Source: an uncultured delta proteobacterium (GTDB taxonomy: Bacteria > Desulfobacterota > Binatia > UBA9968). Taken from it: a DNA stretch of 64,000 nt. The stretch covers positions 288,001-352,000 of the forward strand of contig CAWDPO010000017.1 in NCBI GenBank assembly GCA_963804165.1, given 5' to 3'. Position 1 is the first letter of the stretch, and each line of letters begins with the position of its first letter. Positions 31,224 to 41,261 of this stretch are shown here, in pieces. The position numbers and the translations under genes are program-made. The notes beneath the pieces were generated by a model that was given only the letters and a program-made list of their open reading frames with translations, did not search any database and was not told the DNA's origin.

Positions 31224-32321
31224 TTACATACCCAACACCTTTTTCATCCGTTCGACAACCTCAGGCGGTGTAGCCATGGCTTCTTTGACCAACGTTTCGA
31301 TTTCATCCCAATGCGATGGATAGATCTCGAGCTTGCGCCGTTCCGCCTCCGCCAAAAACGCCGGGTCGCCAACTGACTTGTCGAACGCGTCGCGCAGGAT
31401 CTTTAGCCGGTCGGCCGGCACTCCCGGCGGCGCAATGATTGGCCGTCCCAAATCGCTGGCAATCAAGATAACTTTGGCGAGGCTTCGCACCGGATCGGGC
31501 GTTTTGTAGCGGTCCATAATCTCATAGATCGTCGGCACATCTTTGAGGCGCGCGTCGCGCTTGCTGCCGGTTTGATAAAGCACGCGCACGAAGTTTTTCT
31601 TGCGCCAGGAGAAAAAAGGCTCGCGGGAATGAAAGGTAGTTATGGTGAATGATCGGCAGACCACCTCGCCCCTTTCAACCGCGAGCTCGATATCCTGTCC
31701 GGCTTGATAGCCGGCGACGATGTCGAATTTGGCGCCAATGGCTTCTTCCAGGAGCTTGGGAATGTAATAGCCCGTCGAGGCAATGCCGCTGGCGCCGCAT
31801 TTTGGCGGATGAGTTGCGGCGCGCACGTCGTCGATGGTTTTGTAGGGTGCGTCTGCGCGCATGTACATCATATGGTTCGAACTCACCGGACTCCCAAACT
31901 TATTCTAGTCATACTTGACCTCCGGTCGTTTCACGAGTTGGTCCAAGTAAAGCGCGGGATAGATCGCTCCAAGGGTCAAGCCGTCAGGCTTGGCAATGGT
32001 GTAGACCTGGTTTGCGGCAACCAGTGAGGCGGCGCCGGCGACATTCTGAATGATGATGTTGGGATTCCCGGGAATGTATTTCGGCAGAAACTCCGCGAGC
32101 AAGCGCGGGTAGAGGTCGTAAACGTCTCCAGGCTTTGTGCCGACGATGAAGGAAATCGTTTTGCCTTGGTAGAAATTCGCTTGCGCGAATGCCAGTTCAA
32201 GGTTCAAAGGGTTCAAAAGTTCAACGCCGGAAAGGATCAACAGTCCGAGAACTTTGAACGCTTGAACCGTTGAACTTTTGAACCGGGAGTGGAGGGAGAC
32301 GACTGAGCCATAATTCACCAT
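31224..32321 (-). pseudogene. tctC: TctC/Bug-family gene (array gene 12) with in-frame TAG and adjacent 3-codon deletion
   Basis: ORFs 31905-32321 and 31224-31886 are in the same frame: EVKYD*NKF---GSP versus paralog EAKYDWGKFLWIGSP. Confidence 0.85.
32195..32283. repeat. 89-bp GTTCAA/TTGAAC palindromic leader element
   Basis: 4x gttcaa, 29 nt, 4x ttgaac. Confidence 0.92.
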
Positions 32322-32378
32322 ACACCTCCCGTTTTTGACAATCTGCTCGTCGAGCGTGATCGCGGTTTTGGGGCGGAA

Positions 32379-33458
32379 TTAATTCCCGAGCACCCACTTC
32401 ATCCGTTCGATCACTTCCTTCGGTTGAACGATGACCTCTTGCGCGAGGGATTCTAGTTCGGCACCGGTAAGCGGATCCACATCCCAACCGCGCTTCGCAG
32501 TTTCAGCGAGGAGTTCGGGATCTTTTAGCGTCTTTGAATAGGCCTCGCGGAGAATTTTGGTTTGCTCGGCCGACAAACGCGGCGGAGCGGTGATCGGCCG
32601 GCCTAGGGTCGCCGCGGTCAAGATCACTTTGGCAAGTCGTTTGCCGCTATCCGGAGTTTTGTATTGCTGCATCAGCTCATTGAGCGTGGGTACATCCTTC
32701 AAACGCTCGTCGCGCTTCGCGCCCGATTGCACGACAGGGCGAATGAAACCCGATTTGTGCCAGCGCTTGTAGGGCTCGCGGCCGAAGTAGGTCGCGATCA
32801 ACGGCGACCAGCAGACTACTTCGTTGCGCTCCACAGCCAAGTCGATTTCCGAGCCGCCTTGATAGCCGCTGACGACGGTCGTCTTGACCCCCAACGTGTC
32901 GTCCAGGAGCCGCGGAAAATAAAGACCGCTGTTGCCGGTTCCCGTGTTGCCGCATTTCGGCGGTTCCTTGGCATTGCGCAAATCTTCGATGGTTTTGAAA
33001 GGCGAATCGGCGCGAATGAAATGCACGATGTCATTCTTTTCCGGTGAGCCGATCCATGTGAACTTTCCCCAATCGAACTTCACTTCCGGACGCGCGACCA
33101 GTTGGTCGAAGTAAAGCGCCGGGTTGAAGGAACCGAGAGTCAGTCCATCGGGTTTGGCGACGCCGTAGATGTAGTTTGCAGCGACGGCACCGCCCGCCCC
33201 CGGCATATTCTGCACGACTACCGTCGGATTGCCGGGAATATGTTTGCCGATATGCTGCGCCATCAGGCGCGCCCACAAATCGTACCCGCCGCCCGCCGCG
33301 GTACCGACAATCACCCTAACGGTTTTGCCTTGGTAGACATTCGCTTGCGCGAATGCCGGTTCAAGGTTCAAAGGGTTCAAAAGTTCAAAGGCCAGAGCGA
33401 ATACGAATCCGAGAACCTTGAACGGTTGAACCTTTGAACTTTTGAACGGCCTTGGCAT
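32379..33458 (-). CDS. tctC: TctC/Bug-family substrate-binding protein (array gene 11, palindromic leader)
   Basis: GGGYDLWAR, QNMPGAGG and KPDGLTLG motifs. Confidence 0.9.
   Translation of the reverse strand: MPRPFKSSKVQPFKVLGFVFALAFELLNPLNLEPAFAQANVYQGKTVRVIVGTAAGGGYDLWARLMAQHIGKHIPGNPTVVVQNMPGAGGAVAANYIYGVAKPDGLTLGSFNPALYFDQLVARPEVKFDWGKFTWIGSPEKNDIVHFIRADSPFKTIEDLRNAKEPPKCGNTGTGNSGLYFPRLLDDTLGVKTTVVSGYQGGSEIDLAVERNEVVCWSPLIATYFGREPYKRWHKSGFIRPVVQSGAKRDERLKDVPTLNELMQQYKTPDSGKRLAKVILTAATLGRPITAPPRLSAEQTKILREAYSKTLKDPELLAETAKRGWDVDPLTGAELESLAQEVIVQPKEVIERMKWVLGN
33359..33447. repeat. 89-bp GTTCAA/TTGAAC palindromic leader element
   Basis: 4x gttcaa, 29 nt, 4x ttgaac. Confidence 0.92.
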
Positions 33459-33461
33459 TTA

Positions 33462-34547
33462 TCATTCCCGCCCGAGCACCCACTTCATACGCTCGATGAT
33501 TTCTTTGGGCTGGGTCATGACCTCTTTCGACAGGGCTTGCAGTTCTTCGCCTTTGGTTGGATTGACTTCCCATCCCTGTTTGGCCGCGTCAGCGAGCAAT
33601 TCCGGGTCGGCGATGGCTTTGGCATAGGCGTCGCGGAGAATTTTGACGCGGTCAGCGGGTGTGCCCGGCGGAGCGCCGATTGGCCGGCCGAGGGTGGCGG
33701 CCGTCAGAATCACTTTTGCGAGACGCTGGCCCGCCTCGGCAGTCTTGTATTGCTGCATGAGCTCGTTAAGCGTTGGAGTGTCCTTCAGACGCGCATCGCG
33801 CTTGGCGCCGGTTTGTATCAGGACGCGTACATAGCCGGACTTATGCCAGCGTCTGTAGGGCTCGCGGCCAAAATAAGTCGCGAGCAGAGGCGACCAGCAG
33901 TAGACTTCGCCGCGCTCGATGGCCAATTCGATATCGGGGGCGCCGGGGTAGCCGCTGACGATTTGAGTTTTGATGCCGAGAGTTTCTTCGAGCAGCCGGG
34001 GAATATAGTGGCCGGTGGAGCCGGTGCCGGTGCTGCCGCATTTGGCCGGCTCCTTGGCGTTGCGCAGATCTTCGACGGTTTTGAAAGGCGTGTCGGCGCG
34101 CATGTAGTAGACGACGTCGTTTTTTTCCGGCGATCCGATCCAGTTAAATTTGGCCCAATCGAATTTCACTTCGGATCTGCCGACAAGTTGGTCGAAATAA
34201 AGTGCGGGGTTGACGGCACCGAGGGTCAAACCGTCGGGTTTGGCGACGCTATAGACATAGTTGGCGCCAATGATGTTGCCGGCGCCAGGCATGTTCTGCA
34301 CCACAATCGACGGGTTTCCTGGGATATGTTTGACGATGTGACGCGCCGTGAGCCGCGCCCAGAGATCGTAGCCGCCGCCTGTGGTCGAAGCGACGACCAT
34401 CGTGATGGTTTTGCCTTGGTAGAAGGGCGTCTGGGCAGACGCCCGTTCAACGTTCAAGGGGTTCAAAAGTTCAAGGGCCAGAACGGAGAAGAGTCCGAGA
34501 ACCTTGAACCCTTGAACTTTTGAACTCTTGAACTGAGTTTTCATCAT
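33462..34547 (-). CDS. tctC: TctC/Bug-family substrate-binding protein (array gene 10, palindromic leader)
   Basis: Bug motifs; ATG abuts the upstream TGA. Confidence 0.9.
   Translation of the reverse strand: MMKTQFKSSKVQGFKVLGLFSVLALELLNPLNVERASAQTPFYQGKTITMVVASTTGGGYDLWARLTARHIVKHIPGNPSIVVQNMPGAGNIIGANYVYSVAKPDGLTLGAVNPALYFDQLVGRSEVKFDWAKFNWIGSPEKNDVVYYMRADTPFKTVEDLRNAKEPAKCGSTGTGSTGHYIPRLLEETLGIKTQIVSGYPGAPDIELAIERGEVYCWSPLLATYFGREPYRRWHKSGYVRVLIQTGAKRDARLKDTPTLNELMQQYKTAEAGQRLAKVILTAATLGRPIGAPPGTPADRVKILRDAYAKAIADPELLADAAKQGWEVNPTKGEELQALSKEVMTQPKEIIERMKWVLGRE
34445..34533. repeat. 89-bp GTTCAA/TTGAAC palindromic leader element
   Basis: 4x gttcaa, 29 nt, 4x ttgaac. Confidence 0.92.
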
Positions 34548-35627
34548 TCAATTCCCCAGCACCCACTTCATCCGTTCGATGACTTCTTTCGGCTGGACCA
34601 TGACTTCCTTCGATAACTGCTCCATTTCTTCGCCACTGAGGGGTTCGATATCCCAACGTTGTCTTTTCGTTTCAGCGACGAGGTCAGGGTCTTTCAGAGT
34701 TTTGAGATAGGCTTCTCGGAGCAGTTTGAGCCGGTCAGGTGGAATGCCCGGAGTTGCGGCGATCGGGCGCCCAAGTGTGGCCGCGATCAAGATGACCCGC
34801 GTGAGGCGCTTACCGGCTTCCGGAGTCTTATATTGATCCATGAGCTCGTAGATCGTCGGCACGTCGGCTAAACGCGCATCGCGTTTACGGTTGGTCTGGA
34901 GCAGCACGCGGATAAAACCTTTTTTTTGCCAGGAAATGTAAGGCTCCCGCCCGAAGAAAGTAGCGACCAACGGTGACCAGCAATGGACCTCGCCGCGCTC
35001 GACGGCCAGGTCGACTTCCGAACCGCCAGCGTAACCGCTGACGATGGTATGTTTCGTGCCCAAAACTTCGTCGAGTAAGCGTGGAATGTAAAATCCGGTT
35101 GTGCCGGTTCCAGAACTGCCGCAGCGCGGCGGCTCTTTGGCCTTGCGGATATCGTCGATGCTTCGATAGGGCAAATCGGCACGCATGTAATGGATGATGT
35201 CGTTCTGTTCCGGCGATCCGATCCAGCCGATCTTGGCGAAATCGAATTTAACTTCCGGCCGGCCGACCAATTGATCGAAATAAATCGCCGGGAGGAGCGC
35301 GCCGAGAGTGAGCCCGTCCGGTTTAGCGACGTTGTAAAGATAATTAGTAGCGACGATGGACGCGGCGCCGGGCATGTTTTGCACCTGGATCGTCGGATTC
35401 CCGGGAATGTATTTGCCGTAGTAGCGGGCCAAGACCCGCGCCCAGAGATCGTAACCGCCGCCGGTGGACGAGCCGATAACGATTCGAATGGTCTTGCCTT
35501 GGTAGAAGGGCGTCTGGGCAGACGCACGTTCAAGGTTCAAGGGGTTCAAAAGTTCAAAGGTCAGAACGGAGACGAGTCCGAAAACCTTGAACGCTTGAAC
35601 CTTTGAACCTTTGAACGCCATTACCAT
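34548..35627 (-). CDS. tctC: TctC/Bug-family substrate-binding protein (array gene 9, palindromic leader)
   Basis: Bug motifs. Confidence 0.9.
   Translation of the reverse strand: MVMAFKGSKVQAFKVFGLVSVLTFELLNPLNLERASAQTPFYQGKTIRIVIGSSTGGGYDLWARVLARYYGKYIPGNPTIQVQNMPGAASIVATNYLYNVAKPDGLTLGALLPAIYFDQLVGRPEVKFDFAKIGWIGSPEQNDIIHYMRADLPYRSIDDIRKAKEPPRCGSSGTGTTGFYIPRLLDEVLGTKHTIVSGYAGGSEVDLAVERGEVHCWSPLVATFFGREPYISWQKKGFIRVLLQTNRKRDARLADVPTIYELMDQYKTPEAGKRLTRVILIAATLGRPIAATPGIPPDRLKLLREAYLKTLKDPDLVAETKRQRWDIEPLSGEEMEQLSKEVMVQPKEVIERMKWVLGN
35528..35616. repeat. 89-bp GTTCAA/TTGAAC palindromic leader element
   Basis: 4x gttcaa, 29 nt, 4x ttgaac. Confidence 0.92.
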
Positions 35628-35655
35628 TTACTAGTTCGTCTGCAGCGGTACGCTG

Positions 35656-36687
35656 TTACATGCCGATCAGTTTCTTCACGCGTTCGACGACGTCGGGAGG
35701 AGCGGTCATGACTTCCTTCGCTAAAGCATCGAGCTCCTCACCCGTGGCCGGATCGATGTCGAGGCGGCGTTTTTCCGCTTCCGCTAAAAGAGCGGGATCG
35801 TTGATCGTCTTGTTGAAAGCGTCACGGATGATTTTGACCCGGTCGGCCGGTACTCCGGGAGGGAATACCAGCGGGCGGCCGAACTCATCCGCTGCGACGA
35901 CGACTTTCGTCAAGCGCCGGACGTTTTCCGGGGTCTTGTACTTGTCCATCAATTCATTGAACAGCGGCACGTCCTTGAGCCGTGGATCGCGCTTGCTTCC
36001 GGTCTGATAGAGCACGCGCACGAAATTTTTCTTGCGCCAGGTGATGAACGGCTCGCGGGCGAAGTAGGCGTTGATCGTAAAGGCCCGGCACTGAACTTCG
36101 CCGCGCTCGACGGCGAGGTCGATATCCGACCCGGCGACATAACCTGAGACAATTTCGAACTTGGTGCCAATGGCATCTTCCAAGAGTTTCGGCATGTAAT
36201 AGGCGGACGATGTTACGCCCGTTGCACCGCACTTTGGCGGCGTCGATGCGCTGCGAACATCTTCAATGGTTTTGTAAGGCGTATCGGCGCGCATATACAT
36301 GTGACTGTTGGAGCTCACGGTGCTGCCGATCCAGATGAACTTGCTCCAGTCGAATTTGGCTTCGGGGCGTTTGGCGAGCTGCTCGAAGTAAAGCGCGGGG
36401 TAGATCGCGCCCAAGGTTAGCCCGTCAGGTTTGGCGATATTGTAAACCTGATTGGTGCCGATCAACCCCGCCGCGCCGGCGACGTTTTGAATGATGATGT
36501 TTGGATTGCCGGGAATATGTTTCGGCATAAACTCCGCCACCAGACGAGGGTAGAGATCGTAAACGTCACCCGGCTTGGCGGCCGCTATGATCGTGATCGT
36601 CTTGCCTTGATAAAAGGGTGTCTGCGCCGACACATTCGGGGCCCACACGAACGACAACAACAAAAATGTGATGATTCTTCGATTCAT
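35656..36687 (-). CDS. tctC: TctC/Bug-family substrate-binding protein (array gene 8, ordinary short signal peptide)
   Basis: Bug motifs; AGGAG RBS. Confidence 0.9.
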   Translation of the reverse strand: MNRRIITFLLLSFVWAPNVSAQTPFYQGKTITIIAAAKPGDVYDLYPRLVAEFMPKHIPGNPNIIIQNVAGAAGLIGTNQVYNIAKPDGLTLGAIYPALYFEQLAKRPEAKFDWSKFIWIGSTVSSNSHMYMRADTPYKTIEDVRSASTPPKCGATGVTSSAYYMPKLLEDAIGTKFEIVSGYVAGSDIDLAVERGEVQCRAFTINAYFAREPFITWRKKNFVRVLYQTGSKRDPRLKDVPLFNELMDKYKTPENVRRLTKVVVAADEFGRPLVFPPGVPADRVKIIRDAFNKTINDPALLAEAEKRRLDIDPATGEELDALAKEVMTAPPDVVERVKKLIGM

Positions 36688-36713
36688 AGGCTCTCCTTGT
36701 GAGAATACTCGAG

Positions 36714-37742
36714 TTACGTCCCCAATAGTTTTTTCATTCGTTCCACGACGTCCGGCGGTTGCGCTATGATTTCTTTTCCCAAAGCTTCCAGTTCTTCGCC
36801 GGAAACCGGATCCAATTCCAGCTTTTTCTTTTTGGCATCCTCAAGGAGCTCCGGATCGTTGACCGTCTTCATGAAGGCATCACGGAGAATCTTCACCCGG
36901 TCCGCCGGAATGCCGGGCGTGGCGACGATGGGACGACCGATTTCGTTGGCGGCTAGTATCACCGCCGCCAAGCGCTTCCCTGAATCGGGAGTTTTGTGTT
37001 GGTCCATGAGCTCGGGAAGTGTTGGAACGTCGGGCAAGAGAGCGTCCCGCTTTTTGCCGGTTTGAATGATGACCCGCACAAATCCTTTTTTGCGCCAGGT
37101 ATGAAAAGGCTCGCGGGCGAAAAAAGCGGCGATGGTGAATGCGCGGCATTGCACTTCGCCGCGCTCGACCGCAAGATCGACATCCGTGCCGGAGTTGTAA
37201 CCGGTGACGACGTTGAACTTCGCGCCGATCGTTTCCTCTAGGAGTTTGGGCAGGTAGTACGCCGACGATGCGGTGCCTTCGGCGCCGCACTTGGGCGGGA
37301 CGGAGGCTTTACGAATGTCTTCGATGGTTTTGTACGGTGTATCGCTGCGCATGTAGAGCAGATGATGCGATACGGTTGTGTTGCCGATCCAGGTAAACTT
37401 TTGCCAATCGAACTTGACCTCTTTTCGGCCGACCAGTTGATCGAAGTAGAGCGCAGGTTGGATCGAGCCGATGGTGAGGCCGTCTGGTTTGGCGACCTCG
37501 TAGATGTAGTTGGCCGCAACCATTGAGGCAACGCCGGGCATGTTTTGTACGATGATGTTGGGCGCACCAGGAATATGTTTGGGGATGAACTGGGCAACCA
37601 TGCGCGCGTAGAGATCGTACACGCTGCCGGCCGGCGTGCCCGCTACCAGCCGGATGGTTTTGCCCTGATAGAAGGGCGCTTGGGCTTGAACGAAAATAGG
37701 CGAGAGAACGACGAGGAGTAATGCTGAGATGCTTGGAAGCAT
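36714..37742 (-). CDS. tctC: TctC/Bug-family substrate-binding protein (array gene 7, ordinary signal peptide)
   Basis: Bug motifs; start MLPSIS at 37742 after AGAGG. Confidence 0.9.
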   Translation of the reverse strand: MLPSISALLLVVLSPIFVQAQAPFYQGKTIRLVAGTPAGSVYDLYARMVAQFIPKHIPGAPNIIVQNMPGVASMVAANYIYEVAKPDGLTIGSIQPALYFDQLVGRKEVKFDWQKFTWIGNTTVSHHLLYMRSDTPYKTIEDIRKASVPPKCGAEGTASSAYYLPKLLEETIGAKFNVVTGYNSGTDVDLAVERGEVQCRAFTIAAFFAREPFHTWRKKGFVRVIIQTGKKRDALLPDVPTLPELMDQHKTPDSGKRLAAVILAANEIGRPIVATPGIPADRVKILRDAFMKTVNDPELLEDAKKKKLELDPVSGEELEALGKEIIAQPPDVVERMKKLLGT

Positions 37743-37955
37743 GAATGCCTCTTTATTTGGAACGCTACAGTTCCGGATAATCGGTTTGAATTGCGAATCT
37801 AAAAGGTCCAGCTGATTCCGTCGATAGAGTTCGTCAGTAGTTTTCCCGAAGCAATTCCGTTCGTCCCTTCGAGAAGACCTCAGCACGAATGGAGAAGATC
37901 AAAAAAGGATTGATCACTTTTCCATTCGTGTCGAGTGTCTCGCGGCATCAATTCG

Positions 37956-38981
37956 TCAGTCACCCAACAGCTTGCGCATGCGCGCGACAACGTCGGGCGG
38001 CGTAGCCATGACGTCTTTGGCCAAGGAGGCCATCTCATCCCACTGGGTCGGATCGATTTCGAGCCGGCGTTTTTCTGCCTCCGCCAAGAAGGCTCCTTCG
38101 GTGACTGTCTTGTCGAACGCATCGCGCAAAATCTTCACCCGGTCCAGCGGCACGCCCGGAGCAAAAACCAGCGGACGTCCGAAGTCGCCTGAAGCGAGAA
38201 TGACTTTGGCGAGGCTGCGTCCGGCATCACCGACTTTGTACCTGTCCATCGCCTCGTAAATTGTCGGAGATTCCTTAAGACGCGGATCGCGCTTGGTGCC
38301 GGTTTGGATGAGAACGTTGACAAAATTTTTCTTGCGCCAGGAAATGAAAGGCTCGCGGGCGTGGTACGCGGTAATCGTGAACGCGCGGCATTGCAACTCA
38401 CCGCGCTCGACGGCCAGATCGATATCCTGGCCCGACACGTAGCCCGACACGATATCGAACTTGGTGCCGAGGACTTCCTCCATGAGCTTCGGCATGTAGT
38501 ATCCGGTGGAGGCGACGCCGGTGGCGCCGCACTTGGGCGCGGTGTTGGCCTTGCGCACGTCGTCGACGGATTTGTAGGGCGTGTCGGCGCGCATATACAA
38601 GAGATGATTCGATTTGACCGGGCTACCGATCCAGAGAAACTTGCCCCAGTCGTATTTCGCTTCCGGTTTTTTGATCAATTGATCGAAATAAAGCGCCGGA
38701 TAAATCGCGCCGATCGTCAAGCCGTCCGGTTTCGTGACATTGTAGACGTGGTTGGCGGCGATCAACGAAGCAGCCCCGGGCATATTTTGCACGATGATGT
38801 TGGGATTGCCCGGTATGTGCTTGGTCATGTACTCCGCAAGCAGCCGCGGATAGAGATCGTAGACATCGCCGGCTTTGGTGCCGACGACGATGCTGATGGT
38901 CTTGCCCTGATAGAAGGGCGTCTGCGCCAGTAGAGCCGAGCTCCACCCGAGAGTGAGCACGAGGACGAGAATCAGAATCAT
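37956..38981 (-). CDS. tctC: TctC/Bug-family substrate-binding protein (array gene 6, ordinary signal peptide)
   Basis: Bug motifs; start MILILV after AAGGAG. Confidence 0.9.
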   Translation of the reverse strand: MILILVLVLTLGWSSALLAQTPFYQGKTISIVVGTKAGDVYDLYPRLLAEYMTKHIPGNPNIIVQNMPGAASLIAANHVYNVTKPDGLTIGAIYPALYFDQLIKKPEAKYDWGKFLWIGSPVKSNHLLYMRADTPYKSVDDVRKANTAPKCGATGVASTGYYMPKLMEEVLGTKFDIVSGYVSGQDIDLAVERGELQCRAFTITAYHAREPFISWRKKNFVNVLIQTGTKRDPRLKESPTIYEAMDRYKVGDAGRSLAKVILASGDFGRPLVFAPGVPLDRVKILRDAFDKTVTEGAFLAEAEKRRLEIDPTQWDEMASLAKDVMATPPDVVARMRKLLGD

Positions 38982-39067
38982 AGTGTTTCTCCTTCCCGCC
39001 GGAATTTGGGCCGAAGCATATCCCTCAAGGCTGCTTGTGCGCAACCTTGAGGGGTGCCGACTGGTTG

Positions 39068-40102
39068 CTATTTTCCGCTCAACAATTTCTCCATACGCTG
39101 CACGACGTCCGGGGTTGACGCCATGACTTCTTTCGACAACGCCTCGATCTCCGCGCCGCTCGCCGGATCCATTTCGAGCCGGCGCTTTTCGGCGGTTGCC
39201 AAAAGCGCAGGATCGCTGACTGACTTGTCGAAGGCGTCGCGCAAAATCTTCATGCGGTCCGCAGGCACGCCTGGAGGGGTGACCAGAGGACGACCAAATT
39301 CGCCGGCAGACAAAACGACTTTCGCTAGGCTCCTTCCGGCGGCGCTGGTTTTGTATTTGTCCATCAACTCATAAATCGTCGGCGCGTCCTTGAGGCGCGC
39401 GTCGCGCTTGGCGCCGCTCTGCATCAGCGTGTTGACGAAACCGCGCTTGCGCCACGAGATGAAGGGTTCGCGGGCAAAATAAGCAGTGATCGTAAAGGCG
39501 CGGCAAACTACCTCGCCGCGCTCGACGGCGAGGTCGACGTCCTGGCCGGATTGATAACCTAAAACGATATCGAACTTCGTGCCGAGAGTTTCTTCCATGA
39601 GCTTCGGCAGATAGTAGCCGGTCGAAGTGATGCCGTTGGAGCCGCATTTCGGCGCTGCCGACGCATTCTTAATGTCGTCCATCGACTTATAAGGTGCATC
39701 CGAGCGCATGTACAAAAGATGATTCGACGTCACCGGGTTGCCGACCCAACCGAATTTCGGCCAATCGAACTTAACCTCGGGTTTTTTCGTGAGCTGCTCG
39801 AAATAGAGCGCCGGGTAAATCGCGCCGATCGTCAGGCCATCCGGCTTGGCGACAGTGTAAACTTGATTGGCCGCGATCATCGACGCGGCGCCGGGCACAT
39901 TCTGGATGATGATGTTCGGATTTCCGGGTATGTACTTCGGCATGAACTCGGCGAGCATGCGGGGATACAGGTCGTAAGCGTCGCCGGCCTTGGTGCCGAC
40001 GATAATCGTAATCGTTTTTCCTTGATAGAACGGGGTCTGGGCGTCGACATGACTGATCCCAAACAACGTCGTTAATAATAGGGCAACGAGCAAACGTAGC
40101 AT
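39068..40102 (-). CDS. tctC: TctC/Bug-family substrate-binding protein (array gene 5, ordinary signal peptide)
   Basis: Bug motifs. Confidence 0.9.
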   Translation of the reverse strand: MLRLLVALLLTTLFGISHVDAQTPFYQGKTITIIVGTKAGDAYDLYPRMLAEFMPKYIPGNPNIIIQNVPGAASMIAANQVYTVAKPDGLTIGAIYPALYFEQLTKKPEVKFDWPKFGWVGNPVTSNHLLYMRSDAPYKSMDDIKNASAAPKCGSNGITSTGYYLPKLMEETLGTKFDIVLGYQSGQDVDLAVERGEVVCRAFTITAYFAREPFISWRKRGFVNTLMQSGAKRDARLKDAPTIYELMDKYKTSAAGRSLAKVVLSAGEFGRPLVTPPGVPADRMKILRDAFDKSVSDPALLATAEKRRLEMDPASGAEIEALSKEVMASTPDVVQRMEKLLSGK

Positions 40103-40168
40103 TTAGTTCCTAACCTCCTCGGATAATTTTTTCCGCACGAACCTTACCATTTAAAAAGCTACTTTCAA

Positions 40169-41203
40169 CTAATTGCTGAGGATTTTTTTAACCCGGGCCA
40201 GGACATCCGGGGGCTGTTGCAAAATCTGCTGAGCAAGCTTTTCCAAACTCGCGCCGCTGGTCGGATCGACGTCCATTTTCTGTTTTTGCGTCTCGGCGAG
40301 CAGCTCAGGATCTTTCATGGCCTGATCGAACGCCTGACGCAGCATATTGACCCGGTCAGCCGGAATACCCGGCGTGCCAATGATCGGCCGTCCAAAGGAC
40401 TCGGCGGCGAGAATGACCTGGGCAACGCGGCGGCTGCTTTCCGGCACTTTTTCTTTCTCGAAGATCTCCGCGATCGTCGGCACGTCCGGGATTCTTTCGT
40501 CGCGTTTGGCACCGGTATAGAGGAGAACACGCACGAAGTTCTTCTTTTGCCAACTCAAGAACGGCTCGCGTCCAAAGTACGGCGACGCGGTCATGCCTCT
40601 GCACATGACTTCACCTTTTTCGACGGCGATGTCGATCTCGGATCCGCCCGGATAGCCGAGAACGGTGTTGATTTTCAAAGGCGGCAACGTGTCTTCAAGC
40701 ATGCGCGCGAGGATGAAATCGGTGCTCACGGTGCCGGTGGAGCCGCATTTGGGCGGCTCTTTGGCATTTTTGATATCGGCGATGGATTTGTACGGGCTAT
40801 CGGCGCGCATATAAAGAATCATCGGCTCACTCACCGGAGAGCCGATCCAGGCAAACTTGCGCAGGTCGAATTTCACTTCCGCACGGCCGACGATCTGGTC
40901 GAGATAAAGTCCACTGCTGGGAAAACCGATGGTCAGGCCGTCGGGCTTGGCCACGCTGTAGACGTAATTGGCCGCAACCACCGAGCCCGCGCCCGGCATA
41001 TTCTGCACGATGAAAGTGGGGTTACCCGGAATATATTTCGGCATGTAGCGCGCGAGCAGGCGCGCCCAGCGATCGTAAAAACCGCCGGTGGTAAAACCGA
41101 CGACCACTCGGATCTGCTTCTCTTGATAAAATGGCGTGGCTTGGGCGTGAAGCTGCGAAACCCAGGCAAAGACTAGACTTAGCGCTAAAATTGCAACTGT
41201 CAT
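40169..41203 (-). CDS. tctC: TctC/Bug-family substrate-binding protein (array gene 4, ordinary signal peptide)
   Basis: GGFYDRWAR subfamily; start MTVAIL after AAGGGAG. Confidence 0.9.
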   Translation of the reverse strand: MTVAILALSLVFAWVSQLHAQATPFYQEKQIRVVVGFTTGGFYDRWARLLARYMPKYIPGNPTFIVQNMPGAGSVVAANYVYSVAKPDGLTIGFPSSGLYLDQIVGRAEVKFDLRKFAWIGSPVSEPMILYMRADSPYKSIADIKNAKEPPKCGSTGTVSTDFILARMLEDTLPPLKINTVLGYPGGSEIDIAVEKGEVMCRGMTASPYFGREPFLSWQKKNFVRVLLYTGAKRDERIPDVPTIAEIFEKEKVPESSRRVAQVILAAESFGRPIIGTPGIPADRVNMLRQAFDQAMKDPELLAETQKQKMDVDPTSGASLEKLAQQILQQPPDVLARVKKILSN

Positions 41204-41261
41204 GTGTCTCCCTTTTGTTCGCACCACCTTCGGATCGCGGTGCCGAGGATTTTGCACGTGC

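Noticed and set aside
31905-31907. Amber recoding (pyrrolysine or readthrough) of the tctC TAG
   Set aside because: The position is a conserved Trp (TGG), an adjacent deletion indicates decay, TAG serves as a normal stop elsewhere, and no pyl genes are seen.
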